Source: Cyanobacteria bacterium J06626_4 | GTDB taxonomy: Bacteria; Cyanobacteriota; Cyanobacteriia; Phormidesmidales; Phormidesmidaceae | Assembly: GCA_038523235.1 (NCBI GenBank) | Contig: JBCBJQ010000019.1 | Span: 18,674 to 82,673 of the forward strand | Direction of reading: 5' to 3' | Length of the DNA stretch: 64,000 nt | Shown: piece by piece, positions 54,558 through 63,343 of the stretch | Numbering within the stretch: the stretch's first letter is position 1 | How the letters are laid out: the number at the start of each line of letters is the position of its first letter | Notes under the pieces: generated by a model | What the model saw: the letters and a program-made list of their open reading frames with translations, nothing else | Database searches by the model: none | What the model was told of the DNA's origin: nothing | Position numbers and translations under genes: made by a program

Positions 54558-56456
54558 ATGTGTGGCATTGTCGGTTATATCGGAACTCAGCCCGCTAGCG
54601 ACATTTTGATGGAAGGGCTGCAAAAGCTGGAATATCGCGGCTATGACTCAGCTGGCGTCGCCACTGTGCTCGAAGGTGAGCTGCACTGTGTGCGGGCCAA
54701 GGGCAAGCTGCAAAATCTAGCAGACAAAATCGAAGGTCAAGAAAATCCGGCTCGGCTGGGCATTGGCCACACGCGCTGGGCGACCCATGGCAAACCCGAA
54801 GAGCACAACGCCCACCCCCATACCGATACCTATCGTCGCATCGCCGTGGTGCAAAACGGCATTATTGAAAATTATCGCGAACTGCGAGCCACCTTGAAGG
54901 AGAAAGGTCACGAGTTTCGCTCCGATACTGACACAGAGGTGATTCCCCACCTGATTGCAGAACACCTCAAGCATTTAACGGCGGCGGGCGCGATTGAAGC
55001 TGATCCCTTTTTTGAAGCGGTGCGGCTGAGCGTCAAGCAGTTAGAAGGGGCTTTTGCCCTAGCCGTGATCAATGCCGACTATCCTGACGATTTAATTGTG
55101 GTGCGGCAGCAGGCGCCCTTGATTATTGGGCTCGGCCAAGGCGAGTTTTTCTGTGCGTCGGATACTCCGGCGATCGTGCCCCACACCCGTGCTGTTTTGC
55201 CGTTAGAGAATGGTGAGTTAGCGCGGCTGACGCCAACCGGTGTGGAAGTCTATACCTTTGAGGGCGATCGCCTCAAAAAGCGACCCTTCTCGCTGAACTG
55301 GAACCCCATCATGGTTGAGAAGCAGGGCTTCAAGCATTTCATGCTGAAGGAAATCTACGAGCAACCCGGCGTGGTGCGAACCGGGCTAGAGACCTATTTG
55401 GACACCGCTTGGACGAGCGATCGCGCGACAAGTCCGGTGCATCTGGGCTTGTCTGACAACGTTTTGGATAACCTTGAGCAGGTGCAAATCGTGGCCTGCG
55501 GCACCAGTTGGCACGCCAGTCTGGTAGGCCAATATCTAATTGAGCAGCTGGCGGGCATTCCCACCAGGGTGCAGTACGCTTCAGAGTTCCGATACTCGCC
55601 TTCACCGCTAACCCGCCACACCTTGACCATTGGCGTGACGCAATCGGGCGAAACTGCCGATACGTTAGCTGCGCTTGAAATGGAGCAGGCGCGCCGCGCC
55701 GCCGCCGCTGACACTGCCCTCGCGCCCCGCCTGTTGGGCATTACCAACCGGCCCGAAAGCTCCCTGGCCCGCCTCGTCCCCCACATCATTGACACCCACG
55801 CGGGCATTGAGATCGGCGTTGCTGCGACCAAGACCTTTACGGCTCAGGTGATGGCGTTTTACTTTTTGGCATTAGATTTGGCCTACCGCCGGCAAACGCT
55901 GACTCCTGAAGCGATCGAACAGCTGATCGAAGATTTGCGCCTGTTGCCTGCACAAATTGAATCGGTACTCGAAAGTCAGGAACGTTATATCGAAGAGCTG
56001 GCTCACAACTTTAGTGATACGCAAGACTTCATCTATTTGGGGCGGGGGATCAATTTCCCCATTGCGCTAGAAGGTGCTCTGAAGCTGAAGGAGATCAGCT
56101 ACATTCATGCCGAAGGCTACCCCGCTGGCGAAATGAAGCATGGCCCGATCGCGCTGTTGGATGCCAAAGTACCGGTGGTGGCGATCGCCATGCCGGGCAA
56201 TGTCTACGAAAAGGTGCTCTCCAACGCGCAGGAAGCGAAAGCGCGGGATGCTCAGCTGATTGGCGTGGTGCCCATGAATGATGAAGAAGCGGAGTTTACC
56301 TTTGACTCGCTGCTGCCGGTGCCGGTGGTGGATGAATTGCTGTCGCCGGTGCTGACAGTGATTCCCCTGCAGCTGCTGGCCTATCACATCGCCGCACGGC
56401 GGGGATTAGACGTCGATCAGCCCCGCAACTTGGCCAAGAGCGTGACGGTGGAATAG
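54558..56456 (+). CDS. glmS: Glutamine-fructose-6-phosphate transaminase
   Basis: MCGIVG, LEYRGYDSAG, HTRWATHG, terminal PRNLAKSVTVE. Confidence 0.99.
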   Translation: MCGIVGYIGTQPASDILMEGLQKLEYRGYDSAGVATVLEGELHCVRAKGKLQNLADKIEGQENPARLGIGHTRWATHGKPEEHNAHPHTDTYRRIAVVQNGIIENYRELRATLKEKGHEFRSDTDTEVIPHLIAEHLKHLTAAGAIEADPFFEAVRLSVKQLEGAFALAVINADYPDDLIVVRQQAPLIIGLGQGEFFCASDTPAIVPHTRAVLPLENGELARLTPTGVEVYTFEGDRLKKRPFSLNWNPIMVEKQGFKHFMLKEIYEQPGVVRTGLETYLDTAWTSDRATSPVHLGLSDNVLDNLEQVQIVACGTSWHASLVGQYLIEQLAGIPTRVQYASEFRYSPSPLTRHTLTIGVTQSGETADTLAALEMEQARRAAAADTALAPRLLGITNRPESSLARLVPHIIDTHAGIEIGVAATKTFTAQVMAFYFLALDLAYRRQTLTPEAIEQLIEDLRLLPAQIESVLESQERYIEELAHNFSDTQDFIYLGRGINFPIALEGALKLKEISYIHAEGYPAGEMKHGPIALLDAKVPVVAIAMPGNVYEKVLSNAQEAKARDAQLIGVVPMNDEEAEFTFDSLLPVPVVDELLSPVLTVIPLQLLAYHIAARRGLDVDQPRNLAKSVTVE

Positions 56457-56522
56457 GCGACCATCACTCTGTGTAAAGAAACTTGCGTAATCTTCGAGGT
56501 TAGCTTTAGACCTTGAATTCGT

Positions 56523-58676
56523 TTGACTAGACTGCAGTCAAAAGCTTTCAGTCGTCAAGTCTACGTGTTGCTTCGAGATCTAGCCTTACGTAATCGGTAC
56601 CGCAGCGGTCGACAAAATTTGCTGCGGGATTTTTATATTCCTTGTCTGGAGCGATCGCTCACCTATTACCGGGCGGTCGGGTTCTTTTCTAGCAGCTCGC
56701 TGGCATTAGCCGCTCAGGGGCTAACGACGTTTATCAAAGCCGGTGGGCGGATGCGATTGGTCGCGTCGCCACACCTGTCAAAAGGAGACATTGAGGCGAT
56801 CGAATCAGGGCTACGTCGCCGAGAAGAGGTGATTTCGGATGCGTTAACCCGTGAGCTATCTCAGCCGTTTGCTGGGGTGGTTAGCGATCGCTTGGCTTGC
56901 TTGTCGTGGTTGCTGGCTCACAATCGCTTAGAGATCAAAATCGCGGTCGTGCAGGAACTCTTGTCGGCAGGCATCTATCACGAGAAGCTTGGAATTTTCA
57001 TCGACAGAGCAGGTCACCAGGTCGCTTTTGGGGGCTCTGCTAACGAGAGTGAGCGGGCTTACCGGCAGAATTTTGAGTGTATTGATGTTTTTCGATCCTG
57101 GTGTGCTGGGGACGATGAGCGCATTGACGAGAAGCTGGCGGATTTTGAAGGGCTTTGGCAAAACCAGACGCCCGAACTTGATGTGATGGAGTTTCCTGAG
57201 GCGGCAAAGCGTAAGCTACTGGAGCGCTGCCCCGAGTATCCGCCCGCAGTGGATCAAAAGACTGAGGCCGACGATCGCAAGACGGCAACGCCCGCTGAAG
57301 ACTATTGTCCGGTGCTCGGGGTCCCCGTGCTGCCCCGAGATTTAATGCTTAGGGGCTACCAGCAGGAAGCCGTTGACAACTGGTTTCAGAACAAGGGACG
57401 CGGCACGCTCAAGATGGCGACGGGCAGTGGCAAGACGATTACGGCGCTGGCAGTGGCAGCAGAGCTGTACGAGCAGATTCAGCTTCAGGCGTTAATCGTG
57501 GTGTGTCCCTATCGGCATCTAGTGCAGCAGTGGGCTCGGGAATGTGAAAAGTTTGGGCTCAGGCCAGTCCTTGCTTTTGACCGGGTGCAATCTTGGCAGG
57601 GTGAGCTGTCGCGGCAGCTCTACACGCTGCGGAGCGATCGCCCTGATTTTGTCGCAGTCATCACCACCAACGCCACGCTAACTGGAACGGCCCTGCAATC
57701 TCAACTGTCGTACTTTCCCGCAAAGACGCTGATCATCGGGGATGAAGCGCATAATTTTGGGTCCCCTAAACTGGCTGCTAGCTTGCCCCACACCATTGGC
57801 TTACGACTAGCCCTGTCGGCCACGCCTGAGCGCTACTTCGACGACATTGGCACTCAGTTCCTGCTCGACTACTTCGGCCCGGTGCTCCAGCCAGAATTTA
57901 CCCTATCAGATGCCTTGCAGGCAGGGGCTCTGGTGCGCTACCGCTACTATCCGCTGCTGGTGGAGCTAACGGAAGCAGAAGCGCAGCGCTATCGCGAGCT
58001 GACTACCAAAATTGGTCAGGCGCTCTCCATTGATGACGATACCGAATCGAATTCAGCCCTATCGGCGCTCTCTATGCGGCGGGCGAAGCTCATTGCCAAT
58101 GCGGCGCACAAGCTGACGGCGCTGCGATCACTGATGCAGCCCCGGCTTCAAACGACCCATACCTTGTTCTACTGTGGCGATGGCAGCGTCGAGGCAGCGG
58201 TTTCCTCAGAAACGATGCGTCATGTGGATGCGGTGACGGCTTTGCTCGGCAAAGAGTTAGGCTATCGCGTCAATACCTACACCGCCGAGACGGCCTTGGC
58301 AGAGCGAGAAATGCTCCGCCAGCAGTTTGAGTCGGGTGCGCTGCAGGGCCTCGTGGCGATTCGCTGTTTGGATGAAGGCGTTGACATTCCCGCCACACGG
58401 ACAGCAGTCATTCTTGCTAGCAGCAACAATCCCCGCCAGTTTATTCAGCGGCGAGGCCGGGTGCTACGTCCGGCCCCCGGCAAAGAACGGGCCGAAATTT
58501 TTGACATGATCGTGTTGCCGCCTGATTTGGAACGAAAAACGCTGGATGCAGAGCGATCGCTCTTGCGAAAAGAACTTCAGCGCTTTCTGGAATTTGCCGA
58601 TCTAGCAGATAACGGTGGCGAGGCCCGCATCCAACTGCTCGACTTGCAAAAGCGCTATGGCCTGTTGGATATGTGA
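56523..58676 (+). CDS. PLD-like domain + SF2 (ResIII/DEAD) helicase; PbeA-like / phosphorothioation-associated restriction enzyme
   Basis: YHEKLGIF.D...F.GSANES, MATGSGKT, DEAH, LSATP, DEGVDIP, QFIQRRGRVLR; true start may be GTG 56565. Confidence 0.85.
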   Translation: MTRLQSKAFSRQVYVLLRDLALRNRYRSGRQNLLRDFYIPCLERSLTYYRAVGFFSSSSLALAAQGLTTFIKAGGRMRLVASPHLSKGDIEAIESGLRRREEVISDALTRELSQPFAGVVSDRLACLSWLLAHNRLEIKIAVVQELLSAGIYHEKLGIFIDRAGHQVAFGGSANESERAYRQNFECIDVFRSWCAGDDERIDEKLADFEGLWQNQTPELDVMEFPEAAKRKLLERCPEYPPAVDQKTEADDRKTATPAEDYCPVLGVPVLPRDLMLRGYQQEAVDNWFQNKGRGTLKMATGSGKTITALAVAAELYEQIQLQALIVVCPYRHLVQQWARECEKFGLRPVLAFDRVQSWQGELSRQLYTLRSDRPDFVAVITTNATLTGTALQSQLSYFPAKTLIIGDEAHNFGSPKLAASLPHTIGLRLALSATPERYFDDIGTQFLLDYFGPVLQPEFTLSDALQAGALVRYRYYPLLVELTEAEAQRYRELTTKIGQALSIDDDTESNSALSALSMRRAKLIANAAHKLTALRSLMQPRLQTTHTLFYCGDGSVEAAVSSETMRHVDAVTALLGKELGYRVNTYTAETALAEREMLRQQFESGALQGLVAIRCLDEGVDIPATRTAVILASSNNPRQFIQRRGRVLRPAPGKERAEIFDMIVLPPDLERKTLDAERSLLRKELQRFLEFADLADNGGEARIQLLDLQKRYGLLDM

Positions 58677-58687
58677 AACTCTTGGGT

Positions 58688-59422
58688 TCATTCTGAGTCA
58701 GGATCGAGCCCCATCGCTCTCAGGCGCGTCGCTAAGCGATCGGCTCTTTGCTGGGCCTGTTCTGCCTGCTGTTGTGCTTGGTTTGCCTGCTGTTGCGCGA
58801 TTTGTGCCGCTTCTGTAGGGGTCGGAGCGAGCAATCCCGCAGGTGTAAAAAATCGCAGCTGCGACTCGTGAATTCCTAAATAAAGATCTAATTGTCGGCT
58901 CCACAACCGCCCAGCATCGTTCGGTTCGATCGGCTGATATTCTCCCGCCATTAAGACAAATCCGACGAATTCTTGAGTTTCAGGATCAACCCAAAAGTAT
59001 TCTGGGGTACGAAAAATATCCTGATAGATCTGCTTTTTGGTGGTGCGATCTTCTCGGGTGGTACTGTCGGACAAGACCTCAACAATGACGTTAGGGTACT
59101 TGCCGCCTTCTTGCCACACGACCCAACTTTTCCGGGGCCGATGTTCGGTATCCAACACCACAAAAAAATCTGGCCCTCTGAAATCTTGAGACTTGATCTG
59201 TTTTGGGCTGAAGTAGATGGTCAGGTTGCCAGACGTATAGAAGTCTTGTCGATCTTGCCAGAGCCATTCCAGACTGGTAATCAGCGCCAGCATTTGTCGC
59301 AGATGAAGATCTGTTTCTAAGGTCGGTTCATCACTGTATAAGTCGCCGGGGAGAGCGACAATTTCTGCTGACTCTGCGTCAGCCAACGATCGCCTGTCCT
59401 TTGCAGTCACCATGGCGAACAA
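58688..59422 (-). CDS. Uma2 family endonuclease-fold protein
   Basis: SDEP.LE..LH..Q, GPDFFVV, P.VIVEVLS.ST...D...KK.IY, Q/A-rich tail. Confidence 0.92.
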   Translation of the reverse strand: MFAMVTAKDRRSLADAESAEIVALPGDLYSDEPTLETDLHLRQMLALITSLEWLWQDRQDFYTSGNLTIYFSPKQIKSQDFRGPDFFVVLDTEHRPRKSWVVWQEGGKYPNVIVEVLSDSTTREDRTTKKQIYQDIFRTPEYFWVDPETQEFVGFVLMAGEYQPIEPNDAGRLWSRQLDLYLGIHESQLRFFTPAGLLAPTPTEAAQIAQQQANQAQQQAEQAQQRADRLATRLRAMGLDPDSE

Positions 59423-59515
59423 ATGTCTATTCTGACAAGATAAATCTATTCTAAGCTAATTGCGATCGCAGACATTTTGGCCGCGATGAACGGCAGATAG
59501 AGGTCAACCAGTAGC

Positions 59516-59686
59516 ATGAGTGAACTAACGGCAAAAGATGTGCAAGCCCCCATTCAGACAGCTTCGCCGGAGGTGCAGCGCATTATTCAGCAAGTTTTAG
59601 AAATTGAAAAAGATCGGCTTGATCGCAACGATCGCGGCCTCGTGAATGCCGACATCTTGCAGATTGTGAAGGCCGCAGTGCAATGA
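59516..59686 (+). CDS. 56-aa helical protein coupled to the ATPase (PbeB-like position); absent from the ORF track
   Basis: MSELTAKDVQAPIQTASPEVQRIIQQVLEIEKDRLDRNDRGLVNADILQIVKAAVQ; upstream AGAGG; stop overlaps the ATPase start (ATGA). Confidence 0.8.
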   Translation: MSELTAKDVQAPIQTASPEVQRIIQQVLEIEKDRLDRNDRGLVNADILQIVKAAVQ

Positions 59687-61755
59687 AACTGTTGGGCTTG
59701 AAACTTTACAATTTTCGCCCCTTTTGTGGGGAGCATGCGCTGACGTTGGCTAAGACGCGCGATCGCAACATTACTGTCATTCACGGCAACAACGGCTCCG
59801 GCAAAACAGCCTTGCTAAATGCCTTTACTTGGGCGCTGTATGAACGCTTTACCGCAGCCTTGGCTTCACCGGAGCAATTGGTTAATCGACGGGCCCTGGC
59901 AGAAGCCGCTGATCAGGAACGAGTGACCTGCTGGGTCGAAGTCGCTTTTGACCATGATGGTAAGCAATATCGGGTGCGGCGATCGTGTCAGGCGTACAGG
60001 CAGGGCGAGGAGGTGGCTCAAACCGCTAGCGACGTCGCGATGCAGTTTGTCGGCGATGATGGCCGCTGGTCAACGCTGTCAACAGCTAAAAATCCCGATG
60101 ATGTGATTGGGCGCATGCTGCCCAAAAGCCTGCACCAGTATTTCTTCTTTGATGGGGAACGGATTGAGCAGCTCGTGCGGACAGACAACCGGGCAGAAAT
60201 TGCTGAGGCTACCCAAAAGCTGCTAGGGGTCAAAGTGCTGGACAATGCCATCAAACATTTGAACATTGCCCGTAAAACGCTAGAGGATGAATACGCCAGC
60301 GTGGGCGACGCGGAAACCAAAAATCTGCTGGCGGCGCGCCGGGAGCAGGAAACTACACGGGAAGCTCTGGAAACCCGACAGGAAGAAATCGATCGCGAGC
60401 TGGCCCATCACGCCACCCTAAAGCAGGAAACCAGTCGAAAGCTGCGGGAATCGGGAGAGTTTGAATCCTTACAACGCCGCCGCGACCAGCTGGAGGAGCA
60501 GGAAAAGGAACTCCGCGATCGTCTACAAGATGCCAAGCAGATCCTCAAGCGAGCGATCTCGAATCGGGGCTACACAGTATTTTTGCCGTCAGTAGTAGAG
60601 AAATTTCGAGCGATCGTGCGAGACCAGGAAGATAAAGGACAATTGCCCGCCGATGTGAAGCCCAAATTTGTGCAGGAATTGCTAGAGATGCAGCGCTGCA
60701 TTTGCGGCATGGAGCTGCACCCCGGCACGTCTCATCGGGCCGCAGTAGAAGCGTGGCTGCACAAGTCGGGACTGGCGGATGTGCAGTCCACCGTTTATCG
60801 CCTAGAGGGTTGGGTCGATGAGCAGGCTGATCAGGAGGAGGATTTTTGGCGAGAGGTCGATCAAGAGCAGGCCACCATCAACCACTGCAAGCAAAAGCTG
60901 TCGCAGATTGAAATCGACCTCGAAGATATTCGTGATCAGCTTCGGGCTAGCCCCCGTGAGGAGGGGCGCCAACTGCAGGAACGGTTGGATGAGATCGATC
61001 GCACCACCGAACGTCTGATCATGGAGAAAGGCGCAAATCAAGAGCGCATCGGCAGACTCAGCCATGAGATTACGCAGCTTCGCAAGCAGGTGCGCGATCG
61101 CCGCCAAAACCAAAGCAGACAAAAGCTCGCACTAAAACGGATAGACGCGGCCCAAGACGCGAGCGATCGCCTGAAGGAACTGAAGCAAAATCAGGACATC
61201 CTCTTTCGTCAAGAACTGCAGGAAACCCTCAGCAATCTTTATAGCGAAATCTCGTTTAAGGCCTACATTCCCCGCATCAGTGACAAATATGAGCTGAACT
61301 TGGTCGAGCGAGTCGGCAACCAGGAGGTGCTAGTCGGTGCCTCCACCGGAGAAAACCAGATTCTGAGCCTGTCGTTTATCGGCAGCGTGGTAGAGCGCAT
61401 TCGCCAGTGGAGCCAAGACAAGCTCGTGATGGGGCCCGACAGCAGCACGTTTCCCCTCGTGATGGATTCGCCCTTCGGCAGTTTGGATGAGATTTATCGG
61501 CGGCAGGTGGCGAAGCTGTTGCCTGAGCTAGCCGATCAGCTCATGGTGATGGCGAGCAAAACCCAGTGGCGCGGAGAAGTAGAGGAGGAAATGCGCGATC
61601 GCATCGGGCGAGAATATGTGCTGATCTACAATTCGCCGAAGGATGAGGTGCAGACAGACTCGATACGCATTGGCGGTGAGACGTATCCGCTGATTCGGCA
61701 AAGTCCCGATGAGTTTGAATTCACTGAGGTTGTAGAGGTGCGTCGGCATGGTTGA
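59683..61755 (+). CDS. SMC/Rad50/DndD-like ABC ATPase with central CxC (PbeC-like)
   Basis: Walker A GNNGSGKT, FFFDGERI, coiled coils around CICG, signature STGE, Walker B/D-loop VMDSPFGSLD. Confidence 0.88.
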   Translation: MKLLGLKLYNFRPFCGEHALTLAKTRDRNITVIHGNNGSGKTALLNAFTWALYERFTAALASPEQLVNRRALAEAADQERVTCWVEVAFDHDGKQYRVRRSCQAYRQGEEVAQTASDVAMQFVGDDGRWSTLSTAKNPDDVIGRMLPKSLHQYFFFDGERIEQLVRTDNRAEIAEATQKLLGVKVLDNAIKHLNIARKTLEDEYASVGDAETKNLLAARREQETTREALETRQEEIDRELAHHATLKQETSRKLRESGEFESLQRRRDQLEEQEKELRDRLQDAKQILKRAISNRGYTVFLPSVVEKFRAIVRDQEDKGQLPADVKPKFVQELLEMQRCICGMELHPGTSHRAAVEAWLHKSGLADVQSTVYRLEGWVDEQADQEEDFWREVDQEQATINHCKQKLSQIEIDLEDIRDQLRASPREEGRQLQERLDEIDRTTERLIMEKGANQERIGRLSHEITQLRKQVRDRRQNQSRQKLALKRIDAAQDASDRLKELKQNQDILFRQELQETLSNLYSEISFKAYIPRISDKYELNLVERVGNQEVLVGASTGENQILSLSFIGSVVERIRQWSQDKLVMGPDSSTFPLVMDSPFGSLDEIYRRQVAKLLPELADQLMVMASKTQWRGEVEEEMRDRIGREYVLIYNSPKDEVQTDSIRIGGETYPLIRQSPDEFEFTEVVEVRRHG

Positions 61756-62056
61756 GGTCAAGATTCCCCTTGCAAAGGCAGACTTGATTGACTTTTGCCA
61801 GCGGTACCACATTCGCAAACTGGCAATTTTTGGTTCCGCTTTGCGAGATGATTGTAGCCCCGACAGCGATGTCGATTTCTTGGTGGAATTTGATCCAGAA
61901 CACATTCCTGGCCTGATCCGATTAGCCGGGATGGAATTAGAGCTATCCAACTTGATTCAGCGTAAAGCTGATCTGCGGACACCCCAAGATTTGAGTCGGT
62001 ATTTCAGGAATAAAGTCTTGCAAACAGCGGTGGTGCAATATGACGCAACCGGATGA
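61748..62056 (+). CDS. Minimal nucleotidyltransferase antitoxin (MntA-like)
   Basis: FGSALRDD..PDSDVDFLVEF (GSx10DxD); overlaps both the ATPase stop and the HEPN start. Confidence 0.92.
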   Translation: MVEVKIPLAKADLIDFCQRYHIRKLAIFGSALRDDCSPDSDVDFLVEFDPEHIPGLIRLAGMELELSNLIQRKADLRTPQDLSRYFRNKVLQTAVVQYDATG

Positions 62057-62381
62057 TGAGTCTCGATTAAGGCATATGTTGGACGCCGTAAAGCAGGCTC
62101 AATCCTTTATGGCAGGACGGACACGGAGAGAGCTAGATACTGATTCGATGTTGTTGTTGACAGCTTTAAAGGCGATTGAAATAGTAGGAGAAGCGGCCTC
62201 TAAAATTACCCGAGAGCGCCAGTCAGAAATCCCGCAAATTCCTTGACCGCAAATTATTAGTATGCGAAACCGACTGACCCATGCTTATTTCGATATTGAT
62301 ACGGATATTCTTTGGCAGACGGTTATCGAAGATTTGCCGCCTTTGATAAAGGAGTTGGAAGACGTTTTGTCGCGTGGTTGA
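62040..62381 (+). pseudogene. HEPN (DUF86/HepT-like) toxin with in-frame TGA
   Basis: Frame continues past TGA 62244-62246 as PQIISMRNRLTHAYFDIDTDILWQTV to a stop at 62381; the TGA replaces the conserved Trp of IPW. Confidence 0.88.
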
Positions 62382-62407
62382 ATTCAGTAAACATTACAAG
62401 GGCAACA

Positions 62408-62497
62408 ATGATAGAGAGTCGAATTCGGATTGCGAAGGATCAGGCGGAACTGGTGAGGGCACTGCGGGATGGCAGTGATGTGAACCACTCAATTTGA
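62408..62497 (+). pseudogene. Truncated N-terminal stub paralogous to the next gene
   Basis: MIESRIRIAKDQAELVRALRDG aligns with MAIARVYVSEDKAELVRNLRAA; stops after 29 codons. Confidence 0.6.
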
Positions 62498-62540
62498 AAT
62501 TCCGGCTGTAAGATTAACGGTGATTTTAACTATTTGAATT

Positions 62541-62993
62541 ATGGCGATCGCGCGGGTTTACGTTTCAGAAGACAAGGCCGAGCTAGTCAGAAACTTGCGG
62601 GCAGCGCCGGGAAATACGGGGCCATTTCGCACCTACGCCGATGTCGTGACTTTCGCCGCCGTGGTGGGTTTTAACGGATCGCGGAAAGTGCCGTTAGATA
62701 GCTATTCCCGTAAGGAGCCTGACCCAGTGCCCCAAGAGCAGTTTCGGAATGCCAACATTATTGGTTTGGTGGCGCTGGCAGATAGCCAAGACCCGGCTAT
62801 TTTGCGAGACGACGATGACTGCGATCGCCGCCGCGTCGAAATTTTTCAAGAGTACGTGAACGGTGGGTTGGAAATTTTGGCAACGGAACTCAGCGGCACG
62901 GTGGATTATGCCGAGCAACTGTTGCTGATACTGAAGGTGCAGAAGGACGCGGGACAGAGCGATCGTGAGTTCGACCTATCTCGTTTTCTATAG
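62541..62993 (+). CDS. dnd system-associated protein 4-like (PbeD-like position)
   Basis: DKAELV..L.....GPF.TYADV..FAA..G, EPDP, IF.EY.NGGLEIL..EL.G.VDY, FDLSRFL. Confidence 0.8.
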   Translation: MAIARVYVSEDKAELVRNLRAAPGNTGPFRTYADVVTFAAVVGFNGSRKVPLDSYSRKEPDPVPQEQFRNANIIGLVALADSQDPAILRDDDDCDRRRVEIFQEYVNGGLEILATELSGTVDYAEQLLLILKVQKDAGQSDREFDLSRFL

Positions 62994-63052
62994 CGCTGTA
63001 GAGAAAACTATCCCACATGGGTAGCTTTACGATTGCTAGTGAATCTTTCTGC

Positions 63053-63265
63053 TGTTAGGTGCTCGATCATAGCTGGTTTGGTATTGATGATGAGTATTGA
63101 ATTGTGGTTTCACGCGATCGATTTACGGCGGAGGAAGCAGTTGGAAATCGGAAGATAATTAGGTTTAGAGGTGAGGAAATCGGATTACCAAAAGAACAAG
63201 AATCTTTGCCGAGTTTTGATAGCTTACGATGGCATCAAGGAAGATGGAAGATAGCTACAATGTAA
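63053..63265 (+). pseudogene. C-terminal remnant of an HNH endonuclease
   Basis: C*VLDHSWFGIDDEY*IVVSRDRF...IGLPKEQESLPSFDSLRWHQ resembles the post-HNH tail (FD.G.F.IDD.Y.I.VS...LP.....P....L.WH); two in-frame stops. Confidence 0.6.
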
Positions 63266-63343
63266 CTCTTATCTAGTGTGGGTCAAGTGTAAAAGAAACA
63301 GAGTGATTTTCTGGAATTTCAGTACATATTATGGTTTTTAGTT

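Noticed and set aside
59683..61755. Calling the ATPase dndD or sbcC
   Set aside because: No adjacent dndC/dndE or sbcD; the context fits the helicase-linked paralog better
62312..62407. 5' part of the 61-aa track ORF 62312-62497
   Set aside because: Overlaps the HEPN C-terminus in another frame; only the part from ATG 62408 resembles a protein
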